A DNA stretch of 64,000 nucleotides from an uncultured Pelagibacteraceae bacterium (GCA_902557995.1 CACECL010000002.1:29091-93090); one strand, 5' to 3'. Positions 30,261 to 44,557 are shown, counted from the first letter of the stretch. Notes: generated from the letters alone by a model not told the origin. Program-made: numbers and translations.

Positions 30261-31706
30261 CTAAACATCAACAATCATTGTATCTTTAGATCCTCCACCT
30301 TGTGAACTATTTACAATTGTGCTCCCTTTCCTTAATGCAACTCTTGTTAAACCGCCAGATGTTACGTAAGTAGATTTTCCACTTAACACAAAAGGTCTTA
30401 AATCAACATGTCTTGGCTCTATATTGCTGTCAGTAATTGTAGGAAGAGTAGATAAAATTTCTAAAGGCTGAGCAATAAATTCTCTAGGTTTACTTTTTAT
30501 TTTTTGAATCATTTCATCTTTTTCTTTTTTTGATGCTCTTGCACCAATTAAAATACCATATCCCCCAGACGCATTAGCTGGTTTAACAACTAATTTTGAA
30601 ATGTTTTCAATAACATAATCTCTATCTTTTTTCTCATGACATAAAAAAGTTTCAACTTGATTTATTTTGGGTTGCTCACCTAGATAATAAACAATCATTT
30701 TATTTACATAAGAGTAAATAGCTTTATCATCTGCTATGCCTGTTCCAATTCCGTTTACTATTCCTACGTTTGCTTTTTTCCAACACTTAAAAAGTCCAGG
30801 AACTCCAATAAGTGATTCTTTGTAGAATACTTTGGGATCTAAAAAGTTATCATCCAATCTTCTATATATACAATCTACTTTAAGTTTACCTTTAACAGTT
30901 TTCATGTATACAGTATCATTTTCCACGAACAAATCTTTACCTTCAACAAGAGCTATTCCCATTTGTTCAGCTAAAAAAGAATGTTCAAAATAAGCAGAAT
31001 TATAAATGCCAGGAGTAAGTACTACCATGTGAGGATTTTCAGTTCTTTTAGGTATACATTCCTCCATGCAGTGGTACAGTTTATTTGCATATTGATGTAT
31101 TGAAGAGACTTTATATCTCGTAAATAACTCTGGAAAAACATCCCTCATCACCATACGATTTTCAAGCATATAAGATACACCTGACGGAACTCTCAAATTA
31201 TCTTCCAAAACCAAGTATTCACCATTTATATTTCTAATAAGATCAATTCCAGAAATGTTTGACCAAGCTTTATACTTTGGAGAAAAACCATCACATTCTT
31301 TGATATAATATGGCGAGTTAAAAACTAATTCCTTAGGAACTATATTATCCTTAAAAATTTTTTTTTTATTATAAACATCATCGATAAATAAATTAAGTGC
31401 TTTTACTCTTTGTGCCAACCCTTTTGAAATTTTGTTCCATACAGATTTAGGAATTATTCTGGGAATTATATCTAAAGGCCATTTTTTTTCTTCTGCTCTG
31501 TTGTTGGCTGCATAGACTCTAAAATTAATTCCTCTTGCACTAATTGTACTTTGGCAATTTTTTTCAATTTCTTGTAATTTTTTTTTTCCATTCCTCTCTA
31601 AAATACCAGAAATAATTTTAGCATGTTTTCTTATTTTACTATCATCAGATATATAACCGTCATAAGAGGACTTTGAGTCATAATTTTTCCAGAACTGAGT
31701 AACCAT
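30261..31706 (-). CDS. Circularly permuted type-2 ATP-grasp protein (DUF404/COG2308-like)
   Basis: D.IPRII, GIDL.R, LEDNLRVPSGVSY.LENR, TPG.YNSAYFEH, YRR.DD.FLDP, RHVDLRPF, GGLTRVAL..VNSSQGGGSKDT. Confidence 0.93.
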   Translation of the reverse strand: MVTQFWKNYDSKSSYDGYISDDSKIRKHAKIISGILERNGKKKLQEIEKNCQSTISARGINFRVYAANNRAEEKKWPLDIIPRIIPKSVWNKISKGLAQRVKALNLFIDDVYNKKKIFKDNIVPKELVFNSPYYIKECDGFSPKYKAWSNISGIDLIRNINGEYLVLEDNLRVPSGVSYMLENRMVMRDVFPELFTRYKVSSIHQYANKLYHCMEECIPKRTENPHMVVLTPGIYNSAYFEHSFLAEQMGIALVEGKDLFVENDTVYMKTVKGKLKVDCIYRRLDDNFLDPKVFYKESLIGVPGLFKCWKKANVGIVNGIGTGIADDKAIYSYVNKMIVYYLGEQPKINQVETFLCHEKKDRDYVIENISKLVVKPANASGGYGILIGARASKKEKDEMIQKIKSKPREFIAQPLEILSTLPTITDSNIEPRHVDLRPFVLSGKSTYVTSGGLTRVALRKGSTIVNSSQGGGSKDTMIVDV

Positions 31707-31816
31707 AATAACTAATATTTTAATAAATATACAAAATAGACAAATGCGAAGAATGAATGACAGTTATGCTAAAAATAGTTTGTAAAAATGTTTATTTTTA
31801 AATATCAATTACACCT

Positions 31817-32542
31817 ATGACATATTGTATAGGTATTAAAACTAACGAAGGTCTTGTTTTTGCGTCAGACTCAAGAACCAATGCGGGTCTTGATAATGTA
31901 AATATATATTCAAAAATGATGACCCATGATGTTGGTGACAGAACTATTGTAATAGTAACTTCAGGAAATTTAGGTACTTCGCAAGCAGTTTACAAATCAA
32001 TTGAGAAAGATTTAAAAAGCTCAACCGGGATAATGAACTTAAACACTTGCTCTGATTTCGAACAAATAGCTTCTTACATTGGTTCACTTAATATTGAGCA
32101 CTCCTCACCTCAAGGAATTAATACAGATAATGTCTTACTAGGTTCAACATTTATAGTTGGAGGACAAATCAAAGGTCAGCAACACGAACTCTATTTAATA
32201 TATCCACAAGGAAATTATATAAGACCTGCAGATAGCAAACCTTATCTTGTAATTGGAGAAGTAAAATATGGTAAACCAATATTAGATCGGGTAATCAAAC
32301 CAAACGTATCTATTGGGGACGCATCACGTTGCGCATTAATTTCGATGGACTCAACATTAAAAAGTGATTTAACAGTAGGCCCACCAATAGATTTTGCTGT
32401 GCACAAAAAAGATGCTGAAAGATTGGCTTCACTTGAATGTTTAAATCTTTCTGACGAAACTTATTCCCGAGTTTGTAACCAGTGGTCAGAAGGAATATTT
32501 AAAGTTTTCGACTCATTTCCAAGATTTGATTGGGAAAAATAA
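31817..32542 (+). CDS. Anbu proteasome-type (Ntn-hydrolase) peptidase
   Basis: N-terminal MTYC giving Thr1; SDSRTNAG.D, GNL.TSQ, GGQI, IGE.KYGKPILDR, SMDST.KS.L.VG.P. Confidence 0.93.
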   Translation: MTYCIGIKTNEGLVFASDSRTNAGLDNVNIYSKMMTHDVGDRTIVIVTSGNLGTSQAVYKSIEKDLKSSTGIMNLNTCSDFEQIASYIGSLNIEHSSPQGINTDNVLLGSTFIVGGQIKGQQHELYLIYPQGNYIRPADSKPYLVIGEVKYGKPILDRVIKPNVSIGDASRCALISMDSTLKSDLTVGPPIDFAVHKKDAERLASLECLNLSDETYSRVCNQWSEGIFKVFDSFPRFDWEK

Positions 32543-32544
32543 AA

Positions 32545-33207
32545 TTATTTAACTTTCCAATCGGTTTCAAAGGTAACATAATTTACTTGAATACATCTTC
32601 TTTCTTTAACAATTTTTTTTTTTTCCATACCATGCCAGGTATTTGGTCCACTTGTAAAAAGATAACCATAATTATGTTTGTAAGGAAGTGTCTTAACTTT
32701 CTCTAATTTTTCATTGTAAAAATCAGTTCCTAAATCTTCAGATTCATTTGTATTATTAACAAATATTAAGCCTGACATAAGTTTTTCTTTTATATCGCAA
32801 TGAGGTTTTAACCAAAAACCCTCTCTATCACATATAACCTCAACTCTAACATAAGAATTTGATAAATCTTTATTTATCATTTTAGAAATTGTTTCGTATG
32901 TTTCTTTAGATTGAAGTTCGTTTATAAATTTTACTAAATTTGGAAATTGTGATGCATTTTCTTTATTAATAAAACATCTAAACTTTATTGCTTGTCCACC
33001 TGAAGCTATACCTTGTCGAAATTCTGCAGCTCCACCATCTATTGCTCTTGTTCCATCATAATTAAGATTATGTTTACTAACATCAGGAATGTCAGCTTTA
33101 ACTATTTCATCAATTGCTCCTTCTGACAGAGCATCACTATACTCCCAGTGATTAAAAGGGAAATTATGTTCTTTTGAATTATTTTTAATTGAATTTAAAA
33201 ATGACAT
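32545..33207 (-). CDS. 2OG-Fe(II) oxygenase-like protein
   Basis: HxD (WLKPHCD), distal H (TWHG), R..QVNYV. Confidence 0.75.
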   Translation of the reverse strand: MSFLNSIKNNSKEHNFPFNHWEYSDALSEGAIDEIVKADIPDVSKHNLNYDGTRAIDGGAAEFRQGIASGGQAIKFRCFINKENASQFPNLVKFINELQSKETYETISKMINKDLSNSYVRVEVICDREGFWLKPHCDIKEKLMSGLIFVNNTNESEDLGTDFYNEKLEKVKTLPYKHNYGYLFTSGPNTWHGMEKKKIVKERRCIQVNYVTFETDWKVK

Positions 33208-34151
33208 TATGATTGAATTTTTTCTTTAATAATTTTTGCTACTCTATTCGTTTCATCTAATTTTTGATAGTTCCAATTTTCAATTTCTTCACCTAAGTTT
33301 CTAGTAATATTTAATTTTCTAAATAAATTTCTAAAATTCTGAAATCTGACGTCTTTTCTTTTTGGTAAAATATTAGCAACATAAATTGGTTTTCCAGTTA
33401 AAGCAGCTTCAGATATCATTGAGCTAGAGTCACATGTAACAACTATATTTTCCGAAATTGCTAAAGCTGAAAGATAAGCTTTTTTATCAACATTCATAAT
33501 CACAGTGTGATTTTCTCCAAAAAACTCTTTTGCATAATGTATAGTATTTAATGGTGTTCTCATTGAAGGTATCACCACAAGTTGAAAATCATGTTTTTTC
33601 AATAGTTTGTAAAAAATTGAAAATATATGCTTCATATTTTTTGTTGAGTAGTCATAATATTTTGTAGGACCACCCATTATCAAACACCAAACTTTTCTAT
33701 TATCCTGTTTGATATATGAATTTAAATAACTTCTATTTTCTTCAATTTCATTTTCCGTCAAATAGTGAATTGCACCTTTTGTTTTAATTACATTTGCACC
33801 ACTTATCCCATCATGTTCGGGAGCAACAATAAAATCAAAATGATTAAAATCCACCTTTGGATCTTGAATATGAATATTTAAAACTTTTTTTTTTGAAATA
33901 CTTTTTAAGTGGATTGAGGGAATCACACTTTTTCTTCCACATGAAATAATTACATCAAAATCAGAATCGTTTATTTTTTTATAAACCTTTTGTGATACTG
34001 GTGTTAATTTTGGGGGAACAATTTTCCAAAAATTATTTAGTTCAACCTTATGGTGTGTAAAATCAATATCTAAGGCTTTTGCTAAACCTTCTACCTGGCT
34101 TATCATGCCATGCATTCCTTGAGTTAATAATAAACCTTTTAATTTAGACAT
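33207..34151 (-). CDS. ELM1/GtrOC1 family (DUF1022) putative glycosyltransferase
   Basis: G..SQ..GLA.AL, HIQDP, FD.IV.P.HD, GG, S.RTP, VT.DS.SMISEA..TGKP. Confidence 0.85.
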   Translation of the reverse strand: MSKLKGLLLTQGMHGMISQVEGLAKALDIDFTHHKVELNNFWKIVPPKLTPVSQKVYKKINDSDFDVIISCGRKSVIPSIHLKSISKKKVLNIHIQDPKVDFNHFDFIVAPEHDGISGANVIKTKGAIHYLTENEIEENRSYLNSYIKQDNRKVWCLIMGGPTKYYDYSTKNMKHIFSIFYKLLKKHDFQLVVIPSMRTPLNTIHYAKEFFGENHTVIMNVDKKAYLSALAISENIVVTCDSSSMISEAALTGKPIYVANILPKRKDVRFQNFRNLFRKLNITRNLGEEIENWNYQKLDETNRVAKIIKEKIQS

Positions 34152-34172
34152 TAATCACTATATAGCTTTCAT

Positions 34173-35117
34173 ATGAGTCAAAATCCAACTAAACACACAA
34201 AAGTGTTAATAATTGGATCAGGTCCAGCTGGATACACTGCAGCAGTTTATGCTGCTCGAGCAATGTTAAATCCTATTTTAGTTTATGGATCTGAGCCAGG
34301 AGGACAATTAACAACAACTACTGATGTTGAAAATTTTCCAGGATTTGCTGAAGTTATTCAAGGTCCTTGGTTGATGGATCAAATGAAAGAACAAGCAAAA
34401 GCAGTTGGAACTGAAATGATTGAAGACCATATTGGATCTGTAAATTTAAAAAGTTCACCATTTGAAGCAATCGGTGATAGTGGTCAGAAATATACTGCTG
34501 ATAGCATTATTATCTCTACTGGAGCTCAAGCAAGATGGTTAAATATAAAATCAGAACAGGAATTTAGAGGATTTGGAGTTTCTGCTTGTGCAACTTGTGA
34601 CGGTTTCTTTTTTAAAAATAAAGAAGTTGCTGTAGTTGGAGGAGGTAATGCAGCGGTAGAAGAAGCTATGTTCCTTACAAAGTTTGCATCCAAAGTTAAA
34701 TTAATTCATAGAAGAGATAATTTGAGAGCTGAAAAAATGCTTCAAAAAAAATTAATGGAAAATAAAAAAATTGAAATAATTTGGGACTCTGTAGTTGAAG
34801 ATGTGTTAGGTGATAAAGATCCTAAAAATGTCAAAGGAATAAAGATTAAAAATGTTAAAACAAATAAAATACAAGAATTGAAACTTGATGGCGTATTCAT
34901 TGCTATTGGTCATGATCCAGCTACTCAACTTTTTAAAGATCAATTAAAAATGGATAATGAGGGATATTTGATTACCAAACCTGACTCAACAGAAACTAAT
35001 GTTCCTGGTGTTTATGCAGCTGGAGATGTAAAAGACAAAACATTTAGGCAAGCTGTAACCGCTGCAGGTATGGGATGTATGGCTGCACTTGAAGCAGAAA
35101 AATTTTTATCTCACTAA
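34173..35117 (+). CDS. trxB: Thioredoxin reductase
   Basis: GSGPAG, CATCDG, GGGNAA.EEA, AAGDV. Confidence 0.98.
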   Translation: MSQNPTKHTKVLIIGSGPAGYTAAVYAARAMLNPILVYGSEPGGQLTTTTDVENFPGFAEVIQGPWLMDQMKEQAKAVGTEMIEDHIGSVNLKSSPFEAIGDSGQKYTADSIIISTGAQARWLNIKSEQEFRGFGVSACATCDGFFFKNKEVAVVGGGNAAVEEAMFLTKFASKVKLIHRRDNLRAEKMLQKKLMENKKIEIIWDSVVEDVLGDKDPKNVKGIKIKNVKTNKIQELKLDGVFIAIGHDPATQLFKDQLKMDNEGYLITKPDSTETNVPGVYAAGDVKDKTFRQAVTAAGMGCMAALEAEKFLSH

Positions 35118-35120
35118 AAA

Positions 35121-35534
35121 ATGAAATTAAATTGGATTATTTTTGTAACTGGATGGATGTCATTCAGAGCAGTTGGGTCAGGTTTGTTTTTGTTTTGGAT
35201 TTTTACCGAAAATGAACGTTCGGCACCATCCGAATGGATAATTCCTTTTGTGGGTGATTTTTTTATTGGAATAACTGCTTTATTTTTAGTTTACCACATT
35301 TTAAAAAAACCAAGCACTATACTATGGGGTCTTTTGCTGTCTTGGAATGTGATTGGTTTGTTAGATTTAATTGGGGCAATAAATGTAAGTTTTGCTGCTC
35401 CTTATGGACCTATACCAGAAATAGGATTTAATGAATTGGTTGTAAGATTTATTTTAAGTTTGAATACTTTATTTCAGATTTCTTGTATTTACTTATTGTT
35501 TCAAAAAGACATAAAAGAATATTTTAAATTTTAA
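35121..35534 (+). CDS. Hypothetical 4-TM membrane protein
   Basis: 137 aa with four hydrophobic segments; starts 3 nt after trxB stop. Confidence 0.7.
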   Translation: MKLNWIIFVTGWMSFRAVGSGLFLFWIFTENERSAPSEWIIPFVGDFFIGITALFLVYHILKKPSTILWGLLLSWNVIGLLDLIGAINVSFAAPYGPIPEIGFNELVVRFILSLNTLFQISCIYLLFQKDIKEYFKF

Positions 35535-35537
35535 AAA

Positions 35538-36193
35538 TTAATTATTACTAATTTCAACTATTTCATTAGACTCGAATACTTGTTGTCTAAAGTCACCATT
35601 AGAAATTTTAATCATTGCTTTTGCAACTTTTTCAGATTGAATTGGTTTCATTTTTTTTAATGGTCCTAAAAATAAAGGTGATAATAATTTAAATATAAAA
35701 ATACCTAATTTCTCTCCTAATCTTTTTTCTTTTCTATCTCCAATTAAAAAAGAGGGTCTCATTATTCCAAGTTTATTAAAACTCAATCTTTTTAATTCTT
35801 CCTCTACTAATCCTTTAAATTTTAAATAATCTCCTGAACTATTAGGATCTGCATAGCCTGAAGAAACAAAAACGAATGAATTTACTGAGTTAGATTTTGT
35901 TATCTGTGCGATTTGTTTTGGTAAATCAAGTTCAACTCTTCTATATTCATCTTTATCAGGTGAATTTTGCTTTGTAGTACCAATGCAAAAATAACAGTGG
36001 TCACCTGTCATCTCTTCTTTATGCTTTTCTATATTATTAAAATCAGTTTTAACAATCTCAACTTTAAGGTCGTTAATGATGATTTCTGAACGTACAAAAA
36101 GTTTAATTTTATTATAGTTCTCATTTTTTATTAATTGATCAAGAAGATGACCACCAACTAAACCAGTTGAACCAAAGACTAAGGCTGTTTTCA

Positions 36194-36194
<1 letters not shown>
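35538..36194 (-). CDS. NAD(P)-binding oxidoreductase, TIP30/CC3/YraR-like
   Basis: GSTGLVG, CIGTT, VSS..A, Y...KG, RPS.L.G.R.E.R.GE. Confidence 0.85.
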
Positions 36195-39585
<3,391 letters not shown>

Positions 39586-39604
<19 letters not shown>

Positions 39605-40338
39605 TTATTACAGGTGGAGCAACAAGAATTGGTGCTGCGATTGCAAAAAAATTATCTGGCCCTAATAAAGAAATTCTCATTCATTTCAATAAGTCAAAAT
39701 TAAAAGCTGAGAAGTTAAAAAAAGAACTATCAAATGATGGTACTAGAGTTTACTTAGTTAAAGGTGATTTGAGTAAAGAAAATGATGTAAATAAAATTGT
39801 AAAATATGCAAAATCAAAACTTAAATATTTTGATTGTCTAATTAATAACGCTTCTTTATTTGAAAATGATAAATTAGAAAACTTTTCAACAGATAGTTGG
39901 GGGCAACACTTAAGAACAAATTTAAGGACACCTGCATTATTATCAAAAGAATTTGCAAAAAATGTTAAAGGAAAAAATAACAATATAATTAATATTATTG
40001 ATCAAAGAGTATTTAAACTAACTCCATATTTTTTTTCTTACACAATTAGTAAAACTGGACTTTATACTTTAACTAAAACTAGTGCTATGAGTTTGGCTCC
40101 AAAGATTAGAGTAAACGGTATAGCACCTGGTCCAACTATTAAAAATCAAAGACAATCTGAAAAACATTTTAGAAAACAATACTTGGCAACCCCTTTAAAA
40201 AGACAAGTTGATGTAGAACAAATATGTAATGCTGTTGACTTTTTTATTAAAAATATATCTATTACTGGTCAAGTTTTGGCTATTGATAGTGGTCAAAATC
40301 TTAACTGGCAAACACCAGATGTAATGGGCAAAGAATGA
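39586..40338 (+). CDS. SDR oxidoreductase, FolM/pteridine reductase-like
   Basis: [19 protein letters not shown]; upstream of folB. Confidence 0.8.
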
Positions 40339-40760
40339 AAAAAAATAATTTGAAAATTGTCAAAATAGATAAAAATAAAAGCCTATTTAATTATGAGAAA
40401 AAAATCCTAATTAATGAATTAATTTTAGATTTAAAACTCGGTTATTACGATTTTGAAAAAGAAAAACAACAGAAAGTTAAATTTAGTCTTGAGATAGATT
40501 ATGAGGACAAAAAACCTTCAAGTGATAAAGATATAAAATCCATTGTTAATTATGGAACCATTGTTAAATTAATAACAAAACTTGTAAAAAAGAAACATTA
40601 TAATTTCTTAGAAACTTTAGCAGAAGCTGTTTTTGACGAACTATTTAAAGACAAAAGGATTGCTAAAATAATGTTAAAAATTGAAAAATTAGAAATCTTA
40701 AAACAGTGTTCATCTGTTGGTATTCAAATTACCAAAAAGAGAAGCCATGATAAGCTCTGA
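40335..40760 (+). CDS. folB: Dihydroneopterin aldolase
   Basis: G.Y..E....Q, VNY, FLETLAE, K.EK, VGI. Confidence 0.85.
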   Translation: MKKNNLKIVKIDKNKSLFNYEKKILINELILDLKLGYYDFEKEKQQKVKFSLEIDYEDKKPSSDKDIKSIVNYGTIVKLITKLVKKKHYNFLETLAEAVFDELFKDKRIAKIMLKIEKLEILKQCSSVGIQITKKRSHDKL

Positions 40761-42582
40761 AATAGGAAAAGAAGTAATTAAAAAAGAGCTACCTCTAGTA
40801 CCAAAACTTCCAGGCGTATACAGGATGCTTAATGAAAAAAATGAAATTCTTTATGTAGGTAAAGCCAAAAATTTACCAAATAGATTAAAGAGCTATGTTG
40901 CAGAAAAAAATCACATAATTAGAACTGAAAGAATGTTATCTCAAACAAGAAAATTAGAGATAACAACAACATCTAATGAAAGCGAAGCTTTGCTACTAGA
41001 AGCAAATTTAATTAAAAAACATAAACCAAAGTTTAATATCCTATTACGTGATGATAAGTCATTTCCATTTATATTTATTGGTAATAAAGATAAATGGCCT
41101 CAAATAAAAAGACATAGAGGAAAAAAAACAAAAGAAGGTTTTTACTTTGGACCCTTTGCCTCTGCTGGTTCAGCTAATTGGACAATCAAAATGATTCAAA
41201 AAATTTTTCATTTAAGAGTTTGTGATGACACTGTTTTCAAAAATAGAGAAAGACCGTGTATATTATATCAAATAAAAAGATGTTCTGGACCTTGTGTAGG
41301 CTATGTAAAAAAAGAGGAATACAATCAAACAGTAGAGGATGCTATTGAATTTGTTTCGGGAAAATCTAGGAAAATTCAAAAAAATCTTTCTAATCAAATG
41401 GAAAAAGCAAGTGAGAATCTTGATTTTGAAAAAGCTGTAATTTTAAGAGATAGAATCAAAGCATTAAATATAATTCAATCCTCACAGAGAATTAATGAAG
41501 CAAACTTAGTTGAGGCAGATGTTATTGCTGGTTACAAAGAATCTGGAAAAACCTGTATTCAAGTATTTTTTTATAGATCAAAACAAAATTGGGGTAATCA
41601 AGCTTTTTTTCCAAAACACGACCCCGATGAAGAGTTTAGTGAAATTCTGAATTCATTCATTTCTCAATTTTATGAAAACAAAAGTGTTCCTTCGTCAGTT
41701 ATTCTTTCAGAAGAAATAAAAGAAAAAGCTCTAATTGAAAAAACATTGACACAAAAAGAAGGTAAACAAATAAATATTTCAGTTGCAAAAAAAGGATCAA
41801 AACTAAAAGTAATTAATCAAGCAATTAAAAACGCAAAGGATAGCCTAAATAGAAAACTTTATGAAAGTCAGAATAATAAAGAATTGTTCGATGCAGTAGC
41901 TAAAAAATTTAATTTAGAAAGCAATATAAATTTAATCGAGGTTTATGATAATAGTCATATTCAAGGTACAAATAGTGTTGGCGCTTTAATTGCCTACGGT
42001 GATGAAGGGTTTATCAAAAAAAGATATAGAAAATTTAATATTAAGCATAAAAAAAATGAGCAAGATGATTATGGAATGATGAAAGAGGTATTAAATAGAA
42101 GGTTCAAAAGAGCAGTTCAAGAAAAAGATAATTACCTTGCTTTTCCTGATTTGGTTCTAGTAGACGGGGGGAAAGGTCAATATTCAGTTGCTAGAGAGAG
42201 CCTTAACGAACTAGGACTTCACGACATTCCAATTATAGCGATAGCAAAAGGTAAATTTAGAAATAGTGGAAATGAAACTTTTTTTCACAATGGCAAAGAA
42301 TATAAATTCACTAGAAATGACCCCACCCTATTTTTTCTTCAAAGAATAAGAGATGAATCACATAGATTTGCTATAAGCGCTCATAGAGCAAAGAGAAAAA
42401 AAGGTATAAGCAAATCTCTGTTAGATCAAATAGAGGGGATTGGGGCTATAAGAAAAAGAGCTTTATTGAACCATTTTGGATCTGCAAGATCGGTTGAATC
42501 AGCAAGCTTAGATGAAATAAAATCTGTAGAAGGTGTTGAAGAAAAAGTAGCAAAAAAGATATATAACTTTTTTCACGAATAA
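40747..42582 (+). CDS. uvrC: Excinuclease ABC subunit C
   Basis: [17 protein letters not shown] domain, [18 protein letters not shown], HhH; ATG at 40747 chosen. Confidence 0.98.
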   Translation: MISSEIGKEVIKKELPLVPKLPGVYRMLNEKNEILYVGKAKNLPNRLKSYVAEKNHIIRTERMLSQTRKLEITTTSNESEALLLEANLIKKHKPKFNILLRDDKSFPFIFIGNKDKWPQIKRHRGKKTKEGFYFGPFASAGSANWTIKMIQKIFHLRVCDDTVFKNRERPCILYQIKRCSGPCVGYVKKEEYNQTVEDAIEFVSGKSRKIQKNLSNQMEKASENLDFEKAVILRDRIKALNIIQSSQRINEANLVEADVIAGYKESGKTCIQVFFYRSKQNWGNQAFFPKHDPDEEFSEILNSFISQFYENKSVPSSVILSEEIKEKALIEKTLTQKEGKQINISVAKKGSKLKVINQAIKNAKDSLNRKLYESQNNKELFDAVAKKFNLESNINLIEVYDNSHIQGTNSVGALIAYGDEGFIKKRYRKFNIKHKKNEQDDYGMMKEVLNRRFKRAVQEKDNYLAFPDLVLVDGGKGQYSVARESLNELGLHDIPIIAIAKGKFRNSGNETFFHNGKEYKFTRNDPTLFFLQRIRDESHRFAISAHRAKRKKGISKSLLDQIEGIGAIRKRALLNHFGSARSVESASLDEIKSVEGVEEKVAKKIYNFFHE

Positions 42583-42584
42583 TT

Positions 42585-43169
42585 ATGCTAAAAAAAATTC
42601 CAAACATATTAACGATAGGGCGAATAATAATTGTTCCTTTTTTTGTTTTAGCTTTTTATCTTCCAGGATTTTATGGTGATCTTACTGCTTTAATATTATT
42701 TATTATTGCATCATTTACAGACTTTTTAGATGGTATGTTGGCCAGAATGTTTGGGGTAGAGTCAAAACTGGGTGAATTATTAGATCCTATAGCTGATAAA
42801 ATAATTGTTGCTACAGCATTAATACTTCTGGTTATGGATGGAACAATCAGAAATTACGAGGTAATTGCAGCAATAATAATTCTTACAAGAGAAATTTTAA
42901 TTTCAGGTTTGAGAGAATTTTTAGCAAAGGGAAAAATAAAACTTCCTGTTTCAAACCTTGCTAAACTTAAAACAGTATTACAAATGGTATCGATAGCTCT
43001 TTTATTATCTGGAGATACTGGAAATAAAATAATTAATTTCCAAGATTATAATGCTCAAACTATAGGTATAATTCTTTTGTGGTTATCGGCTGCTTTAACA
43101 CTTTTTACTGCATATGATTATATGCGAAAAGGTATTGATCATGCTATGTCTGAAGATAGTAAAGACTAG
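42585..43169 (+). CDS. pgsA: CDP-diacylglycerol--glycerol-3-phosphate phosphatidyltransferase
   Basis: PN.LT..R, D.LDG..AR......G..LDP.ADK; follows uvrC. Confidence 0.95.
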   Translation: MLKKIPNILTIGRIIIVPFFVLAFYLPGFYGDLTALILFIIASFTDFLDGMLARMFGVESKLGELLDPIADKIIVATALILLVMDGTIRNYEVIAAIIILTREILISGLREFLAKGKIKLPVSNLAKLKTVLQMVSIALLLSGDTGNKIINFQDYNAQTIGIILLWLSAALTLFTAYDYMRKGIDHAMSEDSKD

Positions 43170-44047
43170 GCTGCTTTTTTCTTCCTAACCAATACCTGAT
43201 AACTTTCATTTAAGTCAATAATAGTATCACAAACTTTAAATTGATTTTCAGCAATACAAGATACTGGTGTTACTTCTGCTGCTGTTCCAGTTAAAAAACA
43301 TCCAACAAAATTAGGTAATTCAGTTGGACTAATTTTTCTTTCATGTACTTTTATATTTTTTGATTTCGCAATTCCAATTACAGTTCTTCTTGTAATACCA
43401 TCTAAAAAAGAATCTGGTATTGGAGTGTGGATTTCCCCATTTTTATCTTTGAAAAAAATATTTGCTCCAGTTGCTTCAGCAATATTCCCTTCGTGATCAA
43501 GCATTAAAGAATCTGTATATCCTTGCTTTTCTGCCTCATGTTTTGAGAGTGTACAAATCATGTAAAGACCTGACGCCTTTGTATCCCACGGTATTGTATT
43601 AGGTGCTGGTCTTCTCCAATTTGAAATATTTAATCTTATTCCTTCTACTTTAAGTTTAGGATCAAAATATGATCCCCATTCCCATGTTGCAATCGCAACA
43701 TGTATTTTTGTTTGTTGCGCAGAAATAGCCATCATCTCACTACCTCTCCAAGCAACAGGTCTTACATAACCATTTTCTACTTTTTGAGTTGCAATAATTT
43801 TATTTGACGCATTATTGATTTCTTCTTCTGTATATGGAATTTCAAAACCCATTCTTTTAGCAGAATGAAAAAATCTAGCTGTGTGCTCTTCTAATTTGAA
43901 AATTGAACCATCATAAACTCTCTCACCTTCAAATACACAACTAGCATAATGCATACCATGGCTTAAAACATGCAGTTTAACATCAGCCCAATCAACTAAT
44001 TCGTTGTTGTACCATATTTTTCCAGATCTCTTGTCGTAAGGTATCAT
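43166..44047 (-). CDS. ilvE: Branched-chain amino acid aminotransferase
   Basis: HY...FEG.R.Y, YVRP, E.TGANIF, L.GITR, GTAAEV. Confidence 0.95.
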   Translation of the reverse strand: MIPYDKRSGKIWYNNELVDWADVKLHVLSHGMHYASCVFEGERVYDGSIFKLEEHTARFFHSAKRMGFEIPYTEEEINNASNKIIATQKVENGYVRPVAWRGSEMMAISAQQTKIHVAIATWEWGSYFDPKLKVEGIRLNISNWRRPAPNTIPWDTKASGLYMICTLSKHEAEKQGYTDSLMLDHEGNIAEATGANIFFKDKNGEIHTPIPDSFLDGITRRTVIGIAKSKNIKVHERKISPTELPNFVGCFLTGTAAEVTPVSCIAENQFKVCDTIIDLNESYQVLVRKKKAA

Positions 44048-44119
44048 GTGTGAAAATTTTTTAATTTATAACTGAAAAATATCTTTGTATCTTTAATATG
44101 TCAATATAACTTACCTATT

Positions 44120-44557
44120 ATGAAAGAACTTTTATATTTAAAAGATGACCAGCTTAAAGATCTTATTGAAAAACTATTTGTAAGCTACAGAGAAACCTTT
44201 TCTGACTCTAAAAAAATATTAGATAGATATTCAATTGGTTTAGCACACCATAAAGTAATTCATTTACTGTCAATGTATGAAGGTATCTCAATCTCTGAGC
44301 TGCTAAAAAGATTAAAAGTGACAAAACAAAGCTTAAATCGTGTTCTTAAAGATTTAATTAAACTTGAAATCATCATTTTTAAAAAAGATGATCAAGATAC
44401 GAGGGTAAAGCATGTTTTTCTCAATGATAAAGGTAAAAAGATTTTTAATGAAATTTTCAATTTACAAAAAAAGAGAATTTATAATGCTTTGCTAAATTCA
44501 AGTTCTGAAGAAGTAATAAATTTTGATAATGTAATAAGTAAGATAATTAATGGATAG
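44120..44557 (+). CDS. MarR family regulator (PetP-like)
   Basis: G.AHH, L.VTKQSLNRVL..L, D.R. Confidence 0.85.
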   Translation: MKELLYLKDDQLKDLIEKLFVSYRETFSDSKKILDRYSIGLAHHKVIHLLSMYEGISISELLKRLKVTKQSLNRVLKDLIKLEIIIFKKDDQDTRVKHVFLNDKGKKIFNEIFNLQKKRIYNALLNSSSEEVINFDNVISKIING

